In this document: positions 24,013 through 29,165 of the stretch, piece after piece
Layout of the letters: the number at the start of each line of letters is the position of its first letter
Position numbering within the stretch: position 1 is the stretch's first letter
Source: a virus
Taxonomy: Duplodnaviria > Heunggongvirae > Uroviricota > Caudoviricetes
IMG/VR virus record: IMGVR_UViG_2563366903_000025
Location: 1 to 29,165 of that record
DNA: 29,165 nt
Direction: 5' to 3' (one strand)
Made by a program: the position numbers and the translations under genes
Notes under the pieces: generated by a model
Told to the model about the DNA's origin: nothing
Database searches by the model: none
Seen by the model: the letters and a program-made list of their open reading frames with translations, nothing else

Positions 24013-24596
24013 GCAACGTGATTTTTACTTATAACGAAGAAGCAGCACTGACCGCAGGGCAAGGTGGTTTTATTAACGAAACTGGCGCTCATATCATTAC
24101 CATTACTGAAGCAGAACTAAAGCAATCAGAAAAAGGAGCCAAATTTATTGAGTTTTCTGGCGAATCCGACGACGGACGTAAAATCCAGTATCTTAGCGTT
24201 TGTGTTCAGAAAAATGACGGAACGGAAAACAAGTTTGGTGCAAATGTCGTTCATGCCATGATGGGGTGTGTTGGGATTAAGCAGTTAACGCAACATATGG
24301 TTTCCGCCAGTAAATTTGTTGCACCTGAATTTCATGGAAAGAAAATCGGGTTAGTGCTCCAGAAAGTATTAACCACAAACAAAAGGACTGGTGCAGACAG
24401 CTATCAGATGGAAATACGCATCCCGTTTATTGCACAAACAGGTCAAACCCTTAAAGAAAAGGCAGAAGGCAAGCAACCAGAAACTATCACCAACATGGTT
24501 GCCCATCTCAAAGATAAAGACAATCGCTCTAAAAACGTAAGCCAGAATCATGCAGATGATTATGGTTACAGCCAGAACGATTACCCTTCTTTCTGA
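24009..24596 (+). CDS. DUF669-like protein, putative ssDNA-binding partner of Sak4
   Basis: 195 aa, coupled to the Sak4-like gene (ATGA). Acidic/aromatic C-terminal tail (DDYGYSQNDYPSF) reminiscent of SSB tails. Family assignment from memory. Confidence 0.45.
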   Translation: MSNVIFTYNEEAALTAGQGGFINETGAHIITITEAELKQSEKGAKFIEFSGESDDGRKIQYLSVCVQKNDGTENKFGANVVHAMMGCVGIKQLTQHMVSASKFVAPEFHGKKIGLVLQKVLTTNKRTGADSYQMEIRIPFIAQTGQTLKEKAEGKQPETITNMVAHLKDKDNRSKNVSQNHADDYGYSQNDYPSF

Positions 24597-24619
24597 TTAC
24601 TGAAAATAAGGCTCCCATT

Positions 24620-24916
24620 ATGCCAGCGCCTCTGTATGGTGCGGATGACCCGCGCAACTGCTCCGGTAGCTCCAAGGCGGAGGTGCTGGAAAATATCAAA
24701 AACAATTTCGACGCGTTTCTTGCTCTGACACCAGAAACAAAAGCAGAACGGATGTACCGACGCGATATACAACTCGCAGAAAAACAGGAAAAAGACCGAA
24801 TAAACGAAACATCAATCCGACCATTCCGCAAAGCCACATATACCAACTTCCCTGAATATATCGACCCGCGCCTGCGTAATTACCGCTCACGCTATGGCGC
24901 TATCAGTAATGACTGA
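24620..24916 (+). CDS. Hypothetical protein (98 aa)
   Basis: ORF in the early-left operon. No recognised family. Confidence 0.4.
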   Translation: MPAPLYGADDPRNCSGSSKAEVLENIKNNFDAFLALTPETKAERMYRRDIQLAEKQEKDRINETSIRPFRKATYTNFPEYIDPRLRNYRSRYGAISND

Positions 24917-24926
24917 GGAATTTACC

Positions 24927-25091
24927 ATGAGAGGACTTGCATACAATCCCGGCATTCTTCCGGCAGAAATGATTATTCGCCAACGCGTAAAGCCAATGCC
25001 ATCGAGAGAGGAATTGCTTAAGAGAAATTCTTTTCCATCAGTAAATCAAAACAAATATCTGAATGCGATGTTGCGGAGTGGGAAGAAATGA
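24927..25091 (+). CDS. Hypothetical small protein (54 aa from ATG 24927)
   Basis: GAGGAA RBS precedes the ATG at 24927. The ORF-track start at 24894 would overlap the previous gene. Confidence 0.3.
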   Translation: MRGLAYNPGILPAEMIIRQRVKPMPSREELLKRNSFPSVNQNKYLNAMLRSGKK

Positions 25092-25573
25092 AACAAATGT
25101 CACTAATTGAGATGGATGGATTTCTGAAAGGTAAATGCATCCCCCGAGATTTAAAGGTTAACGAAACAAACGCTGAATATCTTGTCCGTAAGTTCGGTGA
25201 ACTTGAATCAAAACTAGAAACGGCGTTGCGGGAGTGTCGTTCTTCTGGAATCACGATTGATAACCTTGAGGCCAAGTGCGCGGCGCTGGCAGCGGAGAGT
25301 GCGGGGATGAAGAAGTTCTGCAAAGACGCTGCATTCGATGCCGATTACGAAGCAGAGCTAGGTATGGAGCGTGGTGGATTCAGTGATGCGCTTAACGAAA
25401 TCAAAACCCCAGCCACCGATGCTTTCCTGGCTGAAATTGAACGCAAAGCAATCCGCAAGTTTATTAACAGCATTGAACACATCCTGCGTGACAAGCTGTC
25501 ACCGTATGACACCGAAGAGATGCTTGAGGCTATGCGTATTTTTCTGGAAGAACAGGGAGTTGAGCAAAAATGA
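25088..25573 (+). CDS. Hypothetical protein (161 aa)
   Basis: Coupled start (ATGA). No recognised family. Confidence 0.45.
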   Translation: MKQMSLIEMDGFLKGKCIPRDLKVNETNAEYLVRKFGELESKLETALRECRSSGITIDNLEAKCAALAAESAGMKKFCKDAAFDADYEAELGMERGGFSDALNEIKTPATDAFLAEIERKAIRKFINSIEHILRDKLSPYDTEEMLEAMRIFLEEQGVEQK

Positions 25574-25875
25574 CGATCACAAAACAACGGGTAGAAGAAA
25601 TCATATCCCGCATTGAAATGTATGGGCATGGTGCCGGGTATACCGCTGATGAGGTTTATGACCTGGCTGTACTGGCGCTGAATTTATCAAATATCGCAAA
25701 CCTGAAGCGATACGAGCTTGATATGGATGGTTGCGACTCGTGCGGTCAGGATTGTGGCGCAGATATGACTGAAGATCCTGATGGTGATTATGTCCTGTTT
25801 GATGACGTGGTTAAGTTGTTTGAGCTTGATACATTCGAAAGCCCAGCAAAGGAGGCAACCAGTGAGCGAGATTAA
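25570..25875 (+). CDS. Hypothetical acidic protein (101 aa)
   Basis: Coupled start (ATGA). Cys/Asp-rich central segment (DMDGCDSCGQDCGADMTEDPDGD). Confidence 0.45.
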   Translation: MTITKQRVEEIISRIEMYGHGAGYTADEVYDLAVLALNLSNIANLKRYELDMDGCDSCGQDCGADMTEDPDGDYVLFDDVVKLFELDTFESPAKEATSERD

Positions 25876-26644
25876 TTATCAGACACTGCGTGAAAAGGCA
25901 GAGAAAGCAACTAAAGGAAGCTACATCGTAGGGCATACATCTGTTAACCAGCACGGCAATTTAACAGGAGTTTTTGTTTGTCAAAAATGGAAAGGAGAAC
26001 CCGGTGGCGTGATTGCAGAATGTCATGTTAACTGCCTGGTTGAAACAGATGCTCAGGCTTATGCAAACGCTGAGTTCATAGCAGAGGCCAATCCGACTGC
26101 TGTCTTGGCACTGCTGGATGAACGGGAAAGAAACCAGCAATACATCAAACGCCGCGACCAGGAGAACGAGGATATTGCGTTAACGGTAGGGAAGCTGCGC
26201 GTTGAGCTTGAGGAGACAAAATCAAAACTCAACGAGCAGCGTGAGTATTACGAAGGTGTTATCTCGGATGGGAGTAAGCGTATTGCTGAACTGGAGAAAA
26301 TCGCCACTGACTATGCACTGAAATTTCAGAAAGCCCAGGACGCATTAAAGTACGCTGTTTTGCTGCGCAAATCAGGGCAGGAAGCACGGGAAATAAAACC
26401 AGCCAAAGGCGAAGTTCTTGTCGTTGTATCTGGTTTTACTGGTTGCGGAAAAAGCGCCATCGCCGGGGAAATAGAAATCGCGATGAAGTCTATTGGTGTA
26501 CCGGTTAAGTGGACTAATGGCGATGCGGAAAAGCGCATGACAGGAGCTGACTGGCTGACAGCGATTGAGATGTACAAACCAACAGTGCGCATCGTGGAAG
26601 TTAATGTGCCACGCGCTGCTGGCATTCGCATCAAAGGAGAGTGA
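25861..26644 (+). CDS. Ea22-like early protein (GTG start)
   Basis: AGGAGG precedes the GTG at 25861. VSEINYQTLREKAEKATKG... N-terminus and central coiled coil resemble ead/Ea22-like prophage proteins as recalled. Confidence 0.45.
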
Positions 26645-26645
26645 G

Positions 26646-27074
26646 ATGACCACTATTACCAATAAGAAACAGTATCCCAGCGAGCAATATCTTAATGAGC
26701 TGATCACCAACATAGAGTTTGCTGCAAGGGCACCAGTTGAAGTCGTGAGAGCAATGGCAGCAGAGCTACAGAAGCGGCGCGAAGCTGATAGTGCAGAACC
26801 TGTAAGCCAAACTTACAGGTTGCCACAAACGCAGTTTGAACAGGTTGCTGACCTCTACGAAATGCAATTTGATGACGGACGCACTTGCGCCTTTCACACT
26901 GATGCACAAAAGGCTGCGCAATGGCTTCAGGCATGCGACGGAAACAGGGTTCAGGAATACGTGAAACTGGAGCGACTGCAGAACGCGCTATCGGACAACT
27001 ATCCGGTAACTCCGGATGGTTGGATAAGCTGTAGTGATCGAATGCCGGACGACAGGCAGGAGGTGAATCAATGA
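26646..27074 (+). CDS. Hypothetical protein (142 aa)
   Basis: GGAGAG RBS before the ATG at 26646. No recognised family. Confidence 0.45.
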   Translation: MTTITNKKQYPSEQYLNELITNIEFAARAPVEVVRAMAAELQKRREADSAEPVSQTYRLPQTQFEQVADLYEMQFDDGRTCAFHTDAQKAAQWLQACDGNRVQEYVKLERLQNALSDNYPVTPDGWISCSDRMPDDRQEVNQ

Positions 27075-27154
27075 GCTGGCCTGATGCAATCGTAACTCTG
27101 GGGGTGGTATTCGCAGCAGCGTTTGTTGTGTTCTCGATTTGTCGATGGGGATAA
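27071..27154 (+). CDS. Small hydrophobic peptide (27 aa)
   Basis: My translation: MSWPDAIVTLGVVFAAAFVVFSICRWG. ATG overlaps the previous stop (ATGA). Confidence 0.25.
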   Translation: MSWPDAIVTLGVVFAAAFVVFSICRWG

Positions 27155-27158
27155 CCAC

Positions 27159-27401
27159 ATGTTCGCTTTGATTCAACGCGGTCAGATATACACGGACAGA
27201 GCTGGATACCCCGTGGTGATTACTCGCATCACTGAGCACTCAGTGTTCTTTCGACGGATGGATGGGCGAACACAGTCAGTAAAAATAAACGATTTCAATG
27301 AACTGTTTGAACGGATTGATCACCAGGAATACCGACAAATTCTGGCAGAAACAGAGCAGGAAGCTCATCTGAAAAAATTACGGGCCATGAAAAGGAAGTA
27401 A
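27159..27401 (+). CDS. Hypothetical protein (80 aa from ATG 27159)
   Basis: MFALIQRGQIYTDRAGYPVVITRITEHSVFFRRMDGRTQSVKINDFNELFERIDHQEYRQILAETEQEAHLKKLRAMKRK. No recognised family. Confidence 0.4.
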   Translation: MFALIQRGQIYTDRAGYPVVITRITEHSVFFRRMDGRTQSVKINDFNELFERIDHQEYRQILAETEQEAHLKKLRAMKRK

Positions 27402-27404
27402 ACA

Positions 27405-27551
27405 ATGAATAAAGCATTTGAACAATGGGTCCACCAGCGTTACGGCAATCGCTATGACCTGACACGAGATGTTGACGGTTTCTACTGTCGTGAAATTGTG
27501 AAACGAATGTTTGAAGTGTGGTGCCACTGCCGTGGGCTGAGTGTTGTGTGA
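27405..27551 (+). CDS. Hypothetical small protein (48 aa)
   Basis: AAAGGAAG RBS before ATG 27405. My translation: MNKAFEQWVHQRYGNRYDLTRDVDGFYCREIVKRMFEVWCHCRGLSVV. Confidence 0.3.
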   Translation: MNKAFEQWVHQRYGNRYDLTRDVDGFYCREIVKRMFEVWCHCRGLSVV

Positions 27552-27559
27552 GGTAATGC

Positions 27560-27796
27560 ATGGGCAATGTGATTCAACTGGCTCCCAATGAATGGGTTTG
27601 TGAAAGCGTTCTAATCGCAATTACCGGGCTCAAACCAGGCACAATTCTTCGGGCCCGGAAAGAATGCTGGATGGTTGGAAGAGAGTATATTCACGTATCA
27701 CCAGACGGTAATCCAAAGCCTTCCAGTGAATGTATGTATAACAGAAAAGCAATAGATGCCTGGGTCGCTTCAATGAAAAACAAACAACCTGGGTGA
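27560..27796 (+). CDS. xis: Excisionase
   Basis: 78 aa small protein directly upstream of int (MGNVIQLAPNEWVCESVLIAITGLKPGTILRARKECWMVGREY...), typical of excisionase-like proteins in this position. Confidence 0.7.
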   Translation: MGNVIQLAPNEWVCESVLIAITGLKPGTILRARKECWMVGREYIHVSPDGNPKPSSECMYNRKAIDAWVASMKNKQPG

Positions 27797-27851
27797 TTTA
27801 ATGCCATGAAGTATGTAAGCTCGTATCGCTCTTGGGCGTCTGGAGGTATCA

Positions 27852-29165
27852 ATGGATAAAGTCAAATATCCAACAGGCGTCGAAAACCACGGCGGCACAT
27901 TACGCATCTGGTTTAATTTTAAAGGTAAACGTGTCAGGGAAAATCTTGGTGTCCCTGACACTGCCAAGAACAGGAAGATCGCCGGGGAACTGCGGACATC
28001 GGTATGTTTTGCCATCCGCACAGGAAGCTTTGATTATGCTGCACAGTTCCCTGACTCCCCCAACCTTCAGGCTTTTGGGGTAAGTAAAAAAGAAATTACG
28101 GTGAAGGAACTTGAAGAAAAGTGGCTGGATCTGAAACGAATGGAAATCTCTGCAAATGCATTCAATCGCTATGAATCCGTTGCAAGAACGATGGTTTCGA
28201 AAATTGGAGGCAGTAGACTGGTGTCATCGGTAACCAAAGAGGAATTGCTGTATATCAGGAAAGATTTGCTAACCGGGTATCAGAATTCAACGAAAAACAA
28301 AGCAGCAGCAAAAGGACGGAGCGTCGTTACTGTAAATTATTACATGACGACAATCGCTGGAATGTTTCAGTTTGCTGCAGATCACGGTTACTTAGAAGCA
28401 AATCCCTTCCAGGGAATTAAGCCTCTTAAAAGAGCCAGGGCAGAGCCAGATCCGCTAACTCGTGACGAATTTATTCGCCTGATAGATGCTTGCCGACATC
28501 AGCAGACGAAAAACCTGTGGTCATTGGCTGTGTACACAGGAATGCGTCACGGTGAACTGGTCTCCCTGGCCTGGGAAGATATCGATCTGAAGGCAGGAAC
28601 AATTACCATCAGGCGCAATTATACGAAACTTGGTGAGTTCACTCTACCGAAAACTGAAGCAAGCACAAACAGGGTTGTGCACCTTATCCAGCCCGCTATC
28701 AGTGTCCTGAAAAATCAGGCTGAAATGACAAGACTGGGTAAGCAGTACAACATCAAGGTGCAACTACGTGAATATGGACGTTCAGTGAACCATGAATGTA
28801 CTTTCGTGTTTAACCCTCAAGTGGTTAGAAAAAGCGAACAGGTAGGTTTTGTCTACAAAGTCGATTCTGTAGGTGACTCATGGGAAACAGCCATTAAGCG
28901 TGCAGGGATCAGGCATCGAAAGGCATACCAGTCACGACACACTTATGCGTGCTGGTCATTATCTGCCGGAGCAAACCCAAGCTTCATTGCCAGCCAGATG
29001 GGCCATGCAAGTGCCCAGATGGTATTCAATGTATACGGAGCATGGATGACTGACAGCAATGCAGAACAGATCGCAATGCTGAATCAGAAGCTGACAGATT
29101 ATGTCCCAATGATGCCCCATAGTCACCAAAGTGACACCAGAGGCTTATTAAAATCAGTAAGTTAA
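27852..29165 (+). CDS. int: Tyrosine integrase (arm-binding N-terminal domain plus catalytic domain)
   Basis: 437 aa. N-terminus MDKVKYPTGVENHGGTLRIWFNFKGKRVRENLGVPDT (arm-type DNA-binding pattern). C-terminal catalytic region with R...H..R...Y context (SRHTYACWSL...NVYGAW). GGAGG RBS. Stop codon is the last triplet of the window. Confidence 0.9.
   Translation: MDKVKYPTGVENHGGTLRIWFNFKGKRVRENLGVPDTAKNRKIAGELRTSVCFAIRTGSFDYAAQFPDSPNLQAFGVSKKEITVKELEEKWLDLKRMEISANAFNRYESVARTMVSKIGGSRLVSSVTKEELLYIRKDLLTGYQNSTKNKAAAKGRSVVTVNYYMTTIAGMFQFAADHGYLEANPFQGIKPLKRARAEPDPLTRDEFIRLIDACRHQQTKNLWSLAVYTGMRHGELVSLAWEDIDLKAGTITIRRNYTKLGEFTLPKTEASTNRVVHLIQPAISVLKNQAEMTRLGKQYNIKVQLREYGRSVNHECTFVFNPQVVRKSEQVGFVYKVDSVGDSWETAIKRAGIRHRKAYQSRHTYACWSLSAGANPSFIASQMGHASAQMVFNVYGAWMTDSNAEQIAMLNQKLTDYVPMMPHSHQSDTRGLLKSVS

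Larger units (their letters stand above)
1..29165. mobile_element. Lambdoid prophage segment (partial; int end to start of head genes)
   Basis: Collinear lambdoid modules: int-xis, cIII-kil-N, cI/cro switch, cII-O-P-ren, nin genes, Q, S-R-Rz/Rz1, terminase, prohead protease. Integrase stop codon is the last codon of the window; head module runs off the left edge. Confidence 0.9.

Noticed and set aside
24894-25091. ORF-track start at 24894 for the small gene
   Set aside because: That start would overlap the upstream gene by 23 nt and lacks an RBS; the ATG at 24927 with a GAGGAA RBS is more plausible.
1-29165. CRISPR array, insertion sequence or transposase
   Set aside because: No regularly spaced direct repeats and no transposase-like ORF; the only tandem repeats are the origin iterons inside O.
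29100-29165. attP / attL core site
   Set aside because: The window ends at the integrase stop codon; the attachment site is expected just beyond the window and cannot be assessed.

Overview
This window is about 29 kb of a mosaic lambdoid (lambda/P22/21/933W-like) prophage, lying in the reverse of the conventional lambda map orientation. From left to right: the start of the head genes (prohead protease running in-frame into a capsid-like N-terminus, partial), terminase large and small subunits, HNH endonuclease, Rha regulator, an Rz/Rz1 spanin pair separated from the S21-like holin and SAR endolysin by an inserted antirepressor/DNA methyltransferase block, a NanS-p-like sialate O-acetylesterase, antiterminator Q, the nin region (NinH, NinG, Roi-like antirepressor, an AT-rich accessory gene, NinB), Ren, P, O with an internal iteron origin, CII, Cro, the divergent CI repressor, a three-gene toxin/antitoxin/SecB-like cassette in the rexAB slot, P22-type N with boxB nut sites, CIII, Kil, a Sak4-like/DUF669-like recombination pair, several small early-left ORFs, excisionase, and integrase ending at the window edge. 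The most interesting feature is the cI-adjacent cassette: a HigB-like toxin, a HigA-like antitoxin with a long C-terminal extension, and a SecB-like chaperone, with its own operator-flanked promoter and terminator. This architecture matches toxin-antitoxin-chaperone (TAC) systems and sits in the classical prophage defence slot. All family assignments rest on my reading of the translated ORFs and remembered reference sequences; no database search was run, so family names are hypotheses to confirm by HMM or BLAST.
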